Source of the DNA: Balanoglossus misakiensis
Taxonomy: Eukaryota; Animalia; Hemichordata
Assembly: GCA_040954595.2 (NCBI GenBank)
Contig: CM082582.2
Coordinates: forward strand, 10,531,483-10,595,482
DNA length: 64,000 bases
Reading direction: 5' to 3'
Each line of letters begins with the position of its first letter. Within the stretch, counting starts at the first letter, position 1. The notes under the pieces were generated by a model. It was not told where the DNA came from. It worked only from the letters and a program-made list of their open reading frames with translations, and did not search any database. Both the position numbers and the translations under genes were made by a program. Positions 1 to 15,565 of the stretch are shown piece by piece.

Positions 1-3000
1 CTTCTCTCTTCAGTTTTTGTAATGTGTCCGGTTGTCATGGATTGCTCGGGCGCGGTATTGACACGGAATCAATGCGCCGCTCTAAATTAGAACATCTGGA
101 GCTTGCTGTTAGACAGCCAAGTATTCTCGGCCCTCTCTTTTTTTGTCTTGAATCGAATCGTAGATGTGTTCTTTTATTGCTGTTTAATTTAGAAACAAAA
201 AAATAGCAGTAGCTCTGTGTCGACATTAGATTGACAAATTGTAGAGTGTGTGAAGAAAAAGTGGGGTCAACAGTGTGACAGGCATATACTAGGAGTATTT
301 GCTGAAAACCGAGCACTTCCTAAAAAGCTCACAAATGCAGAACTGAGTCTGGACTCTTTTGTGTGCGTGCATGTGTCGCTGTCAAAGAGACCACCAGTTG
401 ATGAGACAAAAGTGAAAACGACACACAATAGATCACAGAGACACAGAGGGAGCCTCTACCATCGTGCGCCTCAAAAGGGGATGCATGTGTTTTTGTTATT
501 CACCAACAGACCACCCATTCATCCCACCATGTCGTTTCTTTGTTCTCTCCCGGTTCATCCTGCGACGATTTCAGTCCAGGCTTTATTTTCTTTTAATTCA
601 GCAGGGTCTCACTTCGTCTCCTTTTTTTTTTAATTTCGCCCCCTTTTCTGCGTTGTCTTTGTAGGTTTAACTTCATCTACAATTAAAGGGCGTCGACTGC
701 AACTTCATCGGCTATTTAGAGGGCATCTGTTACCGACTGTAAGTGAGACGCACCACATCTGTTCAGAAAGAGAGGCAGAGAGTGATGCTGATTACCATGG
801 CGATGCGGCATCACTATCTACAGAAGTGCTCACTTGTCAAGGATAGCCTCCTTTGTAGCCCGGTGGTGATCCTGATCAACTTCACACGTTTTTTTTTTTT
901 TTGTCTTCAAAGGGATCCAGAGTTCCATGGTCGCTCTTTCACAACATTGTCACATTTGTCTTTTTGCATGTTATCAAGTATCTACTGGTTACGTTCTTTC
1001 GGTGCGTTTTTATTTTTTTGCTTCGCGAAAAGTCAAATTTCTCACATTTTTATGAGAAAAAAACAACCGTAGGCCCTTGAGTTGCGATTCATGTCTGTTT
1101 CCATGTAAACGTGTGATTTTTGAAGCCTTTCTACCCGAGTTTTAATCTTAAATAAGCCCTCCAGCTGCTCTAACATCCTTGTTATCATTCTCATTTTTTT
1201 TCTATCGGCCATCATTTTCGTTAAATCCTTTCTCATACACACTGCCAAGGAACCAGTTTAAAATTGTAAATGGATTTTTTGTGTAATCACAGATAAGTAG
1301 GCTCATCCTTTCTTTACGATTGACCTTCGGAGTGAAGAAACGCGAAAATGGGACCAAAATTAGCCTGTTGATTATTTTTTCTTTCACGGAGAGAAAACGG
1401 TGTTGAGTTCCGTGTTTGTTGATAAGCGTGCATTGACGCAGACTGACACTGAAGGGGCGAAATATGTGGATGGGATCGTACTCTCCTTTCTGAACGTGCG
1501 CATGTTAGCTCGGCTCGGCAATAACACTGACATTCGATTTGACGCATCCTCTCCACTTTCGTCGAATAATCCGAGATGGCATTTTCTCATTTCTTCCCTT
1601 TTAAGTGGCCGTGCCTGTCACTAATCCGAGCTGGCGTTGCCCAGATTAAAGTCCCTCGCTGAAACTTTTCATTTAGATGTCGCTGCAATTTCGGTCAACT
1701 GTTGTCATTCGGTGAAAATTGTGCGGCGTGCACAAGAGGGGTATTGTACATTTCAATATAGAGCAGGCCGTTTTTTAATAGCATTTTGTCTCAAGACTAC
1801 ATTTTCAGTCATTCCCAATCGTAATTTAATATACTCATTTTGTTAATGCCTCGGTGGATAGTTTTCAATGACTACATGAGAATTGATCGACATGAAATGT
1901 TAAGTTATGTAAGAGTTTTAGCAAATTAAATGTTTCTGTGCAGAGGCAATATTACAGCTGCTTTTTTAAGGGGGGAGACCACAGTTGATGTAGGTGTTTG
2001 TTTTATGAAATTTTATAGACTGCTTTGAAGGCAACATGTCAAGTGTTTTGTTTGTCAGTAATGTGGACACCCTTCAAAACCTTGTTGAGTTTCGGAATCA
2101 ATCGTGTAAATGTTAAAGTTAATAAATGTTAACAAATGACGGTTAGGATTAACTACAGTTGAGAATTTTGAAAAGGGGGTCTCCAAGATAGCGTGGAAAA
2201 AAACTTCTGCAGTCTATGTCTCTTGCAAATTGTTTTGTTTTACTTTGAAAGCCTATTTTCTGCCAGTAGTTTGACGGCATAGGACATCATTACAAACATA
2301 CTGTGGCGAAAGAATATTCCTCAAACAAACACGCAATGGCAGTAAACACTGCTCTTTACTGGAGAGGCGCTCTTTCAAAGATTTTATTGCTTGGTGATAT
2401 TGTTTTGTGTCTTTTATTTGTTATCGTTTGTGTATGTGTATTTAAAACAGGAAGATGGCTTTTTGTTGGAGTCATTGTGTTGGAGATTGTTATAAATAAA
2501 ACTCAAGGGGCGTCTCTGTCCTTCGAGAGAAACATTCCTGTTGTGATCGCATTGTGGCCCGTAGTGGTGGGGAAACAAAGGTCGCTAATTGAACTGTTTG
2601 TTGTTTCTCTACTCACCATCTGCTGCCAATTTTGGCTCCTGACTGATGGCATGTGTTAAGGGCCTGCATGACCCCCTTCCTTTGTCAATTTACACCTCTA
2701 TTGTTCACCAGCAGGGCACAAGATATTCTTTTGTCTTGGGCCCGAAGGCACAGTGCTCATGTGTAGCTTTTTGCTCAGGGGTTTGTGTAAATATCATTGT
2801 ATGGGTATCCTTGGAATTGAGGATTTTTGTCTTCAATGGAGGTCTGATTTAGAGTTATGGGCCTGTGGTTTGTTATACCATGCACCCCAAGACAATCAGA
2901 GGGTGTGTGTGTATCATGGTGGTCATATTTTTACGTTTACTCGAACATCTTTGATTCAGTGCCCGACTACTTTTGTACAACCGTACACCGTGAATATTTT

Positions 3001-6000
3001 TTTGCGATACGATCCAAAATGGCCGCCATCCGCCATTTTGTTTTAAAATTGGCCTTACAAGCATTGCGCGAATTTCTTTGCCGAGACGGCAACATATGTC
3101 ATCGGATTATCCAGCTAAATCGTGCCGACGACCTCGCTCCTTGAAATTTGAGCTCGCATTTAGTTGTATCTTGTTACGAAGACGGCGACAGATAAGATGC
3201 GCTTGGTACACAGGTGAAAAATGGCAATAAGACACAAGCTTACGTGACACCGTAACATTTTATGCCACCCAACCATATCAATTCAGGATTCAGATCAACA
3301 GTTCCATTTGTAAGGAATTTCCAACTGAATCCAAACACTTTTGTGCAGTGAAAGGTGGTTAATTAATTAAACGTAAACTTTGGGACTCAAACAACAATTT
3401 AATAAACTGTGCAGATATTTGCCAATATGGCCGCCCTGTCGTGTTTGACTGTGGCTCTCCTTATTTGGACATCGTTTTCCCTTATATGGGGACCAGACCA
3501 AGGTAGACGATCTGCCCACACAATCAATTATATAAAGTTAGCAGCTCCGCAACGCAAAGAAAGGGCGAGATAATTTTATTCGGAGCTCAAAATCCTCAGG
3601 GCCGATGAAATTATATTTAACATTCTCTATAAATAGAATCCCGTGTCTCACCCAGATGGAGTTATTGAAGCAACTGTCGGATAAAAACTGACATGCAAAA
3701 TTCGCCATAAATTCTCCGATGTTCCGACTTGTTGGGTTTTGCATGTATTGCCGGGGCTTTGTTCCAAGCTATTTCTTATTCATAGCTTTCGACGAAGTCG
3801 TATTTAACGGGAAACTTCGCCTTTCACGGCGTTAACTGAATATCACGTGACTCTCTCTCCCTTCCTTTCTTATTTCCTTGAAACGGCCTGAGCATTGCCT
3901 AATTAGTATCAACCGGGATCAAACCGGACTATTTCGCTGTATATTTTACGAAAATAAATCCCCTTCGGATATTTCATCCATTTCACTGTAAAGAAAATCG
4001 AACTAGTGCAATTGCCGAATCCAAGAAGCAACTGGCGTGTTTTCTATCGCATTAGGGACTTTCCTATTAAGCATGCATTGGACATAAAAATTATAACTGA
4101 CAGATAAAAACAACTAAAGTGTGCCGTCAAACCGCAGTCGTATGATACGTCGAGATGTAACAATTTTATTTTCGATCTACCATTGGGTCGAAATAAACCG
4201 TCGCGTTATCTTTCTACACCCATGAAGATTTAAGAGCTTGTTTGAAAATAGACACACCTTGGTTTCTCTAGGTTTATTGACAGTTATTCTCCAATATAGC
4301 GGTCATAAAACATCCCTAGCTCACGTCTGACTGTACTTTTGTTCATTAATCCGATCTCGTTGATTGTTTGCCAGTTGTAATACCGTGTCCGTAAGCCCGT
4401 CCGCGTCTTGACCAGATTGTCGATATTTCTCGGTCCATGCTAGTCACTCTGTTGTCTTCCGTGACATGGTCAGTGTGACAATGCCCCAGTACCCCAGCAA
4501 CTTTTTACTTCTTCAATCAGTTTTTCACATTTTACTTTTGCTCCTTTCGTCAGTTCCAAATTTAAGTCCATCGCACCAATAATCAAAATTCCATAAATCT
4601 TCATACCGGATTCCAATTCGATTTCAATCTGTAGATTTGGGAAAGGTCCACTCAGAAGATTTTTTAACTTAAATTTTTACAGCCCCACCAGTCATTCTAT
4701 TTCTGTGATTCTGCTGTTCGTTTGTTTGTGAATTGCCCGCCATCCATAAAATTGTCGTAAAAACAGAACAGTTTTACGACACCACTTTAACACTTACAGT
4801 CCGGTATATGGCATCGCTGGCGAGCGATACGTAGAGAGTGCATACCTCGATGAATTTATAGGGCAAAGGCAACGTAACTGTTCTTTTTTTTACCCCAAAT
4901 ATTGACTGTGATTGGTTTCTTTCTGATTTATTACTTGCAGTGTGATATCAAATTATAATACTTTCTCTGTCTTATTTTGGTTCAAACCTAAACCTACCCC
5001 GCCGTGAAAATATACATAGATATTAGATTAGACATTAATCATAGCTATGATCTCACTTGGATTTCTAGATTTAAATCAAAGCTGTAAAACGCGCAATAAA
5101 AATATTGCCTACATTAGAGTAATATAATCTGCTACGGTATACTGTGCCATAAAGTCGGTGAGTTTTTTTACGAAATTGTATCGGGAGTGCAATACGTTTT
5201 GCCGGATTGGTTTACAGCGCGGGTCGCTGTGTTGGAGACCGTCGCCGGAAAGCATATACATGGGTCCTCCGTGTACTGTGTACGTGAAGACATGCGCCGA
5301 CGATAACGCACCGTCAGATTGGATTGGCGAAAACAATAGTTCTCCCCGCGCGGTCTAATATACTTTCATTAGTTATTGATAATATTTCTGGGCGTTGTGG
5401 AGGGGGTCCAGGTGCGCGGGGTCAGCCGGGGTTAATTATCGCATAATGGAAAAGCGTTAGAAATGTCTTTTGGACCGGCTCGTCAGAAATTCAGTTGGAG
5501 CTGAGACGGGGATTCCAAGCGTCCGCCACACTGATTTAGTTAGCAGGAATAAATGATGAAGGGATGACGCCTGGAGATACATTTTAAATTTGAATAGCCT
5601 TCTATATAATTCAATGCCCAACCCAGACTGAAGTAGCGCGGAAAGCGCAGAAGATGTCATTCTCGTTTCCTCGTCTTCAAAAGAAGACGACCCGCCCGTG
5701 TGAATGCCCCAATCACGACGAGCGCAGATCGAGTGAGAGGTGTTGGAAGCGAAGACAAAAAAAACTTCAGTCGATTCCACCATGTTTGGTTCATTTGCGC
5801 TTTTATTGTGCTGATGAATATTTTGCGGGGATATTTCGCGATAATTCAAATACAAAGAAATGCGACACGTCATTAAGGAACTTATAGTTGCTGCGAATTC
5901 TGGAAATTGCATTATTCTAATTCATGTAGCTACAGTTAAATAAGTCCAAGTACACTGTTTTCGTGGGTGTTTTTTTTCTGATCACATTTTCATTAGCGAC

Positions 6001-8820
6001 GGTCCAAAACAACTAACCGTATTCAATATCAATTTGTCTGTCCATCATTTTTTCTTGAGCCATCAGTGGGTCTACTCTGTATAAAAACGATAAGACTATT
6101 CTGTCCCCTGCAACGCCTAAAAATCCGGACGTGGAATTTTAAAGTTAGTGTCTGGCAACGCTGTCTTCGTTCCGGGTTATCGGTTGCCAGATAAAGACGT
6201 CATAAATCAGGCGCGAAATTGTGCAGAAGGGACGCACTGCCTACATTAACTACAGAAACAGTTAAAGGCCAGTAAATAGTAGGGGCATAGACGTGTATGT
6301 AAAATCTAATGTCCTCATCCCAAGACGCCTCTAATTGTGTCAGTCCGATATGGCGCGCGCCGCATAAGTACCTAGATAATGTTACAAAATATGTACATCG
6401 CATTTCGATGATATAAAACAATGGGGGATGTCGTTTCGAGATATACCACATCCCATGTCGTATTTTTGTCGCAATTCCAACTTTATTGTCTTAAAACGCG
6501 TCAATCGATTTCAATATCGCGCCGATTATAAAATCAAAGTTACTAATGTAATAAACGATAAATTTTCTGCGGAGGTTAATGGTTTTCCTTTTTAGATTTT
6601 CCGTGAGCATAGAATGGATTCATTGGGTCCGTTAACTCGGACGCATCAATGTAAACTATCGATTTTTTCTTCTCCTCCATGCACTAGTGCACCGTGTAAA
6701 CAAAAAAGGAAAAGTCCGCAGCCAGAATTAACCAAGCACTTGTTAAATGGAAATGCTCCTCTGCCACGCCGACATAGACCAATTAAATATTTCCACCGAA
6801 TTCATTAATTGGGTGGACATCTGTTTTGGCATCCAGATTCTCATCTTTGATCGTTTCTTCGATCCAGGCTTTTTTTCTGTAATCTCGCGCCAGTGCGCAT
6901 GTGCTGATGACGTCATTGCGAGCTGTCTCCCTTTGTTCGCTCGCAACAGGAGACAACCTGTTAGAGAGCAACACTACGAAACAAAAGGGCTTTAGAATAC
7001 GACAGCGGAAAAAGAAAGCGATAAGAAGTAGATATATTTGTATCGGCACCGCGACAGATAGCAGGGGGGATATGCGAACATGGTGACAAAAATTGGAGAT
7101 AGTTATCACATTTTGCTGGGTAGTCTCGTCGTCAGTGGAAGGAGTATGTAGATTGACGTTCTTTAGTTGACCCACGCGTCGCGAATAATACCAACAGATA
7201 ACAGATTCAAGATTGCATATTCGATAACTACAAATGTACTAGACTGTCTAGTATGCAACCTGTGAGAATAATAAAACAACCGAGCAATATTCCACATGGC
7301 GAATTCGGTTCAATATTTAAGAGAGTACGCGCGCGAGAGAGAGAAAATCTCGCTTGACTGCAGACTCGTCTCGTTGCACATTTGCCGCTCTCGAAATTGC
7401 CTTAATGGATGGCGACAATGCCAGAGCTTCGCGGGGAAATTCCGACACTTATTATTGTCGTCTGCTCCCCATTTAAATGGAAAAAAATCTGGAAATTAAG
7501 ATCGCCGAATAGGGTCAGCGCCTTGGTTTGTACTGGGATTGTAATAAACATGGTATACGATAAATGATTTGGACGAGGCCTCATTAAACATTCATAGTGA
7601 AATCGCAACGCGTCAGCATCCATTTTATCAGTTTACCGTGGTATTTCACTTACAAGGCGGAGAGGCTGACCCCGGCACTACGTTTCCATTTACTAGCCTC
7701 TCTCCCTGCAGCTTAAATCTCATCATTTCTGATGTATCTCGCTGCCACTGATTGGTTGTTGTGAAAAAATGCTTCCATCCCGACCTCTGTGATTTTCGGG
7801 TTCAGAGGGCGGAGGAAGTTGAAAATATCTAATTAAGCAAGATAAGTCATTGAAAGTCGCGCGGATTCAATTTTAGGAGAGAGAGAGAAAAAAAGGGGGG
7901 GGGGGTGAATTGAAATTTAGCAAAGTGGCGAATTCTGTAATCCAAATTCGAATTCCGCACTGAGAATGATAGATTAATGTTTTAACTGGGCTAATTTCTG
8001 CAGACACGTTTACCGCATAATTTCTTGCATCGTGAAAACTCAAATGCTGCAATAAAATATGATACGGTTTCAATATTTCGACAATAAAATTCTTTCATTG
8101 TAAAACACGCCGTGAAAAAAAGCGGGACATGTCAATAATATGTCCAATTGGATATGTAGGCTATGTCTTGTTATTGACGTCGTGTCTATTGATTAGGCGC
8201 GGCGGTGGGTTTATCGAGTCCTCGCCACACGCGCTGCGATTGTGTATCAAAAGCAGGAATTTTAATTTAGCTTGTGTGTGCCGAGATGATAGTAAAAGAA
8301 AAACGCGGTAAATAAAGTGGAGTTGTATAGTTAAAGCGATTCCAAGTCATCGAGCTCTCTCCGCCAAGTCAGTTTATAAAGATAACGAATGTGTGATTTA
8401 TTTCTGCATTGTTAATGTTTTCGCTGCACCTATAATTACGACATCTGCGAGGATTTGTCACCCAAAGTTGTCAATTTGGCCTAGGGGGGATTGTCGCCAA
8501 TTGTTCCAATACATCCTTAAATCGGAAATCCATTGAGGACCTCCTCAACATGAACCAGTCATCCCCGGTAAGAACCCTTAACATATCTGCAGTACACTGT
8601 TTCGCTCCAGTTTAATTGTTCTGGCCGGTTGTCGGGGGAAATCACGCTGGTTGGCAAATCTGCGTCTTTCTTGGTGCTCCAGGCGCGGCGGGCCAATAAT
8701 GACCAAAAGTACATGTTAATTTCCCAGTACCGGTGTGAAATTAGTTCACCATGTTTCATCTTAATCAGTAAAATGGAGTACACGCTGTCCCGGGAGCATT
8801 TTCTTGCTAAATCGGTTATC

Positions 8821-8960
8821 AAAGTAAGATACATGTATTAAGATGTTCCCATAATATTGAGAAATAAATTATATTATATAATATTGAGAAAAAGTAAGAT
8901 ACATGTATTAAGATGTTCCCATAATATTGAGAAATAAATTATATAATATAATATTGAGAA
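8821..8960. repeat. Tandem duplication of a 70-bp AT-rich unit (2 copies)
   Basis: 8821-8890 and 8891-8960 are identical (aaagtaagatacatgtattaagatgttcccataatattgagaaataaatt...) except for 3 positions in an (AT)-rich patch. Each unit has an internal ataatattgagaa sub-repeat. Confidence 0.95.
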
Positions 8961-11900
8961 ATGGTTATATAATATTATCATAGGCCAAAAAAGTTTTGTT
9001 GATCACTGTAGCAAAATAGTTTTATTATACGTTTTTAAAGCGAGATTTCACCGTTTTTGTTCAGAACACTATTGGCTCACGTAAACGCGGCAAATACTCG
9101 TTTAGCCGAACGGCGTTTGTATTCACGACAAGTACGACGGTGATTCTGCCGCGGCGATCGTCACGTCACGTCACGGTGCGTGGCGTGTTCTGTCACGTGA
9201 CCAGAGAAGTACTGCAGACCTATCTGTTACTTTTATCTGTGTGGCTCAGTTGATATGCGGCAGTATTTCGATAAAAAGCAATTTTCTGGAGAGAAAATTA
9301 AACCGACCAGACTGAAAAGCTAAATAGTTCACTGTGCATACTGACAAGGCGACTCATCCAGGGTTGATAATGATACAATCTCCTGATAAAAATGGCAAAC
9401 TGCGCAATAATAAAAAAGCAATAAAATACTACAGAACTGCAACTCGGTTCGCATATTATATATAAATAAGTCTATACATAAATAATCTGGCACGACTTTC
9501 CCCGTCTTGGTGTCCAATGGTGCCTAAAATACTTTTAGGGTTAAATAACCGAAGGCTGCGTCGCATCCACGATAGACAGACCGATGACTAAAAAATACCG
9601 CCATGACTAATATTGCAATTCCAAAGATGATTTTGCGCAGATCTCTTTTTTTGAGTGTGTGTTTTAAAATCAACTCTAAGGCGTCGGTGTCCTTGGGGAA
9701 TGGCCAAAGAACATTAAAGTGGATGCAGCTACCGGCATTACGCAGTCCGATCACACGCGGTCCGAGCAGCTACAGATGGCCACATGTGTTGCAGCCAACG
9801 CTGAGTGGATTGAACGTGAAACCATTAGAGAAATCGCCCATTAATATGTATGTGGAAATATCCACAAACGCCAAATAATGCAGGCTGTGTTTATTTCTTC
9901 GAGTCAGCGGTCCGCACATCGGCAGACAGTGGTACGTGCCATTTGCAAATGGAACATGGCTAATCGCAATCAGGGGCGGGTGAAACATGTTGGATCTTTT
10001 ATGCTCTCTCGGTGGCTTCTTCTGCTTCGTATTCACAGAAATCGCGATTAGCATATTAACTTTCATTTTATCTGGACCGTCAGAAGAGTACATTTACGTA
10101 TGTGAGCGTGGGCAAGGCTTGTCCGAGTTTGGCGTGAGCTCTTCCATCTAATGATGTTCTCCGCTGATTTTTTTCTGCCAGAGAATGTCATGACGTCACA
10201 CACATCGTGATAGACGTCTCATCAGCAGACACTGACGTCGCCATGGCAACGACGTTAACCCGAGGGGGGATCGTTTCGGTAACTGGAATTACGTCATTTA
10301 AAAACGCGACTTGTTTTAGATCAACAGATGCCAAGAAGACAACAAGTATGCCGCTAAAACCTTGTTGTATTTCATCTTGTAATATTAGAAAATGAAAAGA
10401 GACAGAGAAGCGAAAGTCATGTTGTTGGATGAATTGATCGCTTGTCGTGAAAGCCTATAGACTGCAAGATCGAACACACACAGCGCAGTTCTCTAATCAA
10501 GTCAAGCTTTAACAGAAAGCTTTGCCAGAAAAAAAAATCAACTTAAAAAATCTGCGATCGCATTCTGTGTAATTGCCAGCCACCAAAGGAATTTTTGACG
10601 TAAAACCATATCTGTGTTGCTTATTAATAATAAAAGATGGGGTCGACTGGTGTAGATATCGCAGCGCGATCCATTTCCCTTGTAATATTTTCTGCAAATA
10701 AAATACGTAATGGTTGAAATCCAGTGTATTTCATTAGGGAAAAACATAACCCGCTAAAGCTTCATATCGCCTAATTCGATATCTCTATACCCCCCAGGCC
10801 AGCTTTGCAGGGCCCCCTAGCTTTATCTGGATGTGATTTCTTGTCGTGATATGGACACTTTTTTATCGCTGTGCCTGCCATGTTTTCGTGGCTGGGAGGG
10901 GTGTAGCAATTAGTTTCTACGAATCAAAATGTGTACTTCTTAAAATAAAATCGTTCGGTGTTTTCTCCCACCGTGTTTTGTCGTTGTTGACGTTTTCTCT
11001 GTGTTTGTTATGGAGATCCTCTGTCGTAATAACAGCGTGTATATCTGCAGCACGCGTCCTATACAAAACCTATTACGTGTGAACACGGTAAACGCGTCTT
11101 TGTTATCGCGCATTGACGGACTAGTGCCATGGTAATACGCGAAAGTTGCCCGTTGGCGCGCCTGGCACTGGATCTGTAAAAAGCAGGATGATAAAGACTC
11201 GCGTCTACTTGCGTATGGCAAGTGCGCCATATTGCATTAGGTTATATTTAGACATAGCTTTGCGCTCCGACGACGGGAGCCGCCCGGCATAAATCTACTT
11301 TAGGTATTAGCCGGCCAGTCTAATCTCAACTTATGCCACATCAAACAATAACACGGATTTGAGGATTTTTGTACTCCCCGGCTTTTCCCCAACATCAATA
11401 TCAGTCAGATTTGCGGATCGAGGTACATCTGCTCAAAACAAACACAAATGCGCTGCGTTGTAATTATTGAGAGAAAAAGTGGGGACCTCTGTATCGATTA
11501 GCGCGGGCAAACTACAGCCGAGGTAATCTAGTCAACTTCTTTTGTTGCTCACCGAGCATTCTGGAGTCTTTGCGAATCTTCATTTGTGAGAAAAAAAAGC
11601 GGGAGATGTCACGAAAGTGTCTTTCTTTGACTGTTTGCCTTTCTGCACACGGCTTCGCGAAACGTGGAGAATTCACAAAATTTACTGATCCCGTCACTCA
11701 ACACCTTGTGTAAATTGTGTGTCATCAAACTTTGTAAAATGTCGACTGACTGACTGCGTTCGCCATTGGAGGTTCAATCGACGTATTTAATTGGTCAAGA
11801 GTGAGACCCAGCTGTGGAAGCGCCACAGAAACTTTAGAATGTGTCGTTCCCGTTCAGACCAAGATGGCGACCGATTCGCTCGTGCGGATAATGTTATTCA

Positions 11901-14900
11901 TACAAAATTCTGCATTCTCAAGCTTTTGAATCAATTCTGGTAGTTTGCAAACCGCATATATTTATTTACTTATTTGTTTGTTCACTTGTTTATTTCGAGG
12001 ACCGTCTGGATACTTGTTGACTTTCCATTACTCGGCCTGTTGTCCTTTGTCGCAGTGTATAGCGGATTTTAGCTAGATAGCATCGTTGACATATATTGCT
12101 GTCTGGCATTGAGTTTGTTTGCTATCGGCCATAAATGTGTCACTGTATTGTTCGTCTACTCAAGTCTTCCTTTCAGAGACAAAATGAAAGCGTGTGATAC
12201 AAGATCAGCCGTAATGGGTGGCAGAAAGTCAAGGTGAACAACAGATTGCCACAATCATTGCCATGGTTACCGGTAACTACTGGCAAAGAGTATGACATTC
12301 AGTTGAATAAGATCATTCCTGTAGGTATACGTGGACAAACAAAGGATGAGAATGGTGTTACAAACACCAGCAAAGCTATAATCATGTTAGTGCCGGAAAA
12401 CCTGCTCCGTTGGAAACAGTGCACGTTTAGATAGTTACACCTTTTAGTGAAAGGACGCGCGGAGTAATTCGGTAGCGAATTACAGCCGAAATTATGAAAG
12501 GTCGCCGATTCAATATGTGATCTAGACGTCCTGTGTGCACTGAACACACGATGTGTTTATCTAACACAAACAACAGAACCTCTCATAAAAGAGATGCGGT
12601 ATCATTAGACTAATTACAGATGGTAGTCTGGAAACACGCTCCCCCTCAGAGAGAGTTGTTTACTTGGGTACGATGTCAAAGTTTAATCTCAAAGTGTATA
12701 CGCTTTATGTTTATGTAGACGAAGTGAGCGCGTCGTTCCAGCGATTCGATTCGGGAATCAATGACTCTAATGATAACAGCTGATTTGTGTGTAAAATCGA
12801 AATCTTCTGACCTTGTACATGATGTACTTCTATTTTTATCGTTTGCCGATATTGACGTTTGTTTGTTTGTTTATCCGTTCGCTGACTTCCGACTCATCTC
12901 CTTGGCTTGTGTTTCGAGAGTCTGACGTCACGCCCGCCATTCCAGCAGTGTCCACCTGTTGGTGGACACTACTGTTGCGTCATTTGATACCACAAATGCG
13001 GTGCGGCCATTGGAGGGGGGGGGGGGGGAGGCGGTTTCTGCCGTCCCGATGGCGCGACCGCACGAAAATCGCATGGGTGTTTTCGTCACTCCGTCAAACA
13101 ACCCCAGAAGGAGTGTGAAATTTCTCAAGTGTATCGCGACGGTCGCTAATGCGCTATATCGCATGGCACGTGACACCGGCGTGTTTACACGGTGTCTACT
13201 AAGTGTGGAGTGGATAATTCCAAACCCTCGGAGAGTTGACGGAATTCCAAAACGACATATGACATTACGCTTCCCGTACACAAAAAGAACAACTGGAACA
13301 TAAAAAATGGGGTCTCTCGTCTCTTTTCCTCCGCCATCAACCGACTTTATGTGATGTACGCCTTTGACTCCGGAGAGCCCTCCCCGAGGAGGTGTGCCCT
13401 AGGGCGGTTCTGCAGCGGTGGGATTTGGTAATGTTATGTTTTGTACGGTGATGGCCATCCAATTTCCCCGCTGTGTCAACCCATTCGATAACACCGCTGA
13501 TAACCTGTCTCGGTTAATCTTGGTGCGTGTGTCGCAGACAATGCTCCCCGCGCACAGCTACACACTTCTCGCATTGTGTTGGGGGCCTTCAGCTTATTCA
13601 CGGCGTATAATGGGCAGAAGGCCGAGTTGTTTTATTCTAACGCCCTTAATTGTCAGGCTGGCTTTCAGTTTGCTTTCAAGCGAGCTTTTTACATCGGTGA
13701 GATGGAGTTTCCTTCTCAACGCGCATTTGGTAGCGCGATCCATTCTAGATATTGCTGTAATATGATAATTTATAGAAAAAAAGTTTGCTTTCAATGGAAG
13801 GACGTGTTTTAAATTTTACACATGGCAGACTGATGATTTTGAGAGAAAAAAAGATGGACGAAGCAAAATATAAAACCACAGACGTGGCACACGTCAGTAC
13901 TTGGACCAAAATTTGTCGAAGAAAAGACTATAAGATTACCCCCAATGTCATCATTCGCGCCAACCTATTTTTGACAGACGAACCCACAAGGCGAGCATTT
14001 CACCGCATATCCCAAATCACGTCTTTAGACTATTTGTAATAGCGGACAATAAATGATTTATTAGCTGCATTAAGTTTTTCCTGTGTTCCAGTTTGTCCGT
14101 GGAGATTTCTCTTCGAGTGTATAAGGGGTACGGCGTGACCCCCAGTTTGTAGCTATAGACACACTGTCTATGATTAGCCAGCTCAAATCCCTCTGAGCGA
14201 AAGTACGCCATTTTCGACGTTATTTGTGTGTGTGTTTGCGCGCACGGCAGACGATAAATCTGTTCCGCCGCCAAATGCATCAGATGACGACTATGTATGC
14301 CAAGCGTCAATATGATGCGATGTGCGCGCGGAGGCAAGGTCAGGAACGTGTTTTGCTACCAAATGCATCATCGCAGAATGACTGTGTGTATGCCCCCCCC
14401 CCCCCCCCCGAAAGTGCAAATTACGAACTGTGTGCGGTTCATCTGCAAACTCTCTACGGGAACTGACTCAGAGTGACGTCATCATCTCGATTCTCAATGG
14501 TCTACCAAGTTTGCGTGATTCACGCAACCAGCCTGCAGCGCACGCGTAGTGAAGTATAAGTTTTTAAAAAGTTGTGATTAAAACAACAGCTAAATATTTT
14601 GCAAATTACCTTCACTTGTTTCCAACATGTGTCAGATTTGGAGTCAGGATAGTGTTTTGTCGAAAACGCGACCTTTTGTTTGTATTTCGTAGTAAGGGTC
14701 TCGACTTATGGGCAGAATTCTAAGCCTTTAATTTAATTTCGGTACCAATAGATCTTGATTTAGGGTCATTCAACAAGACTAACTCCAATCCAATTTAGCA
14801 CAACGATTGATTTCTTTTTTCTAAAACTAACGATTGGGGATTTGCCAGGTCGATGATCAGTATTGTTTCAGGACTTGAATTGTTTACCCACTCGGCGTGT

Positions 14901-15486
14901 GCCTTCTGTTATTATTTTCACGCAAAAAGATGATTACAGCTCATGACATAAAATATTTCCAAAGAAAATAAATCTTGAACTTTGTTTCCTAAACGGGTGT
15001 GTGCACAAGCTTGACAATCCGCAGCTGAGTAGAGGTGATGTGACAGTTTATACTTAATTTCGCAGAATAAATGTGATATCGCAGCAGAATCAGTAAACTT
15101 TTATTATTTTCGAGGACAAAAACGCACTATCACTTGCTGTTTCGGGTGAAAAATAGTTAGTGTTTTGGAGGGCCCTGTATAGAGAATTTCATATTTTAAA
15201 ATCTTCTTTACCCCAGTGTTTAGCTGTCGGCAAAATATCCTTTGCTGGCGTAATTACTGTCGATTGTTAAGTCATGCGTTGATACAACGGGGCGGGCGTT
15301 TTTTAAGTTGCTGCTCGTTAATGATTAATCAAGGGCGCGTGGCGCTCTTTGTGCATCTTTTGTTTCTTCACGCACAGAACGATCGGGTCGCGTGTGTCCA
15401 TTGTTGCAGACATTTGGTGGTGAACTTCATTTCCATTCATCAAATCACCTTGTGTGTCAGAAAGAAATCCATTAGAGAAGGGGGTT

Positions 15487-15565
15487 AGAAAGAAAGAGAG
15501 AGGGAAGAAAGAAAGAAGGGGGGGGGAGAGAGAGAGAGAGAGGGAGAGGGAGAGACAGAGACAGG
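15487..15565 (+). repeat. Purine-rich (GA)n/(GAAA)n low-complexity tract
   Basis: Directly visible agaaagaaagagagagggaagaaagaaagaagg-(G)n-(AG)n run. Confidence 0.85.

Noticed and set aside
5457-5912. 151-aa minus-strand ORF
   Set aside because: No similarity to any family I recognise and no supporting splice or promoter signals.
9241-9260. tRNA/SINE A-box-like GTGGCTCAGTTGATA (similar TAGCTTAGCTGGTA at 46502)
   Set aside because: No B box or cloverleaf downstream.
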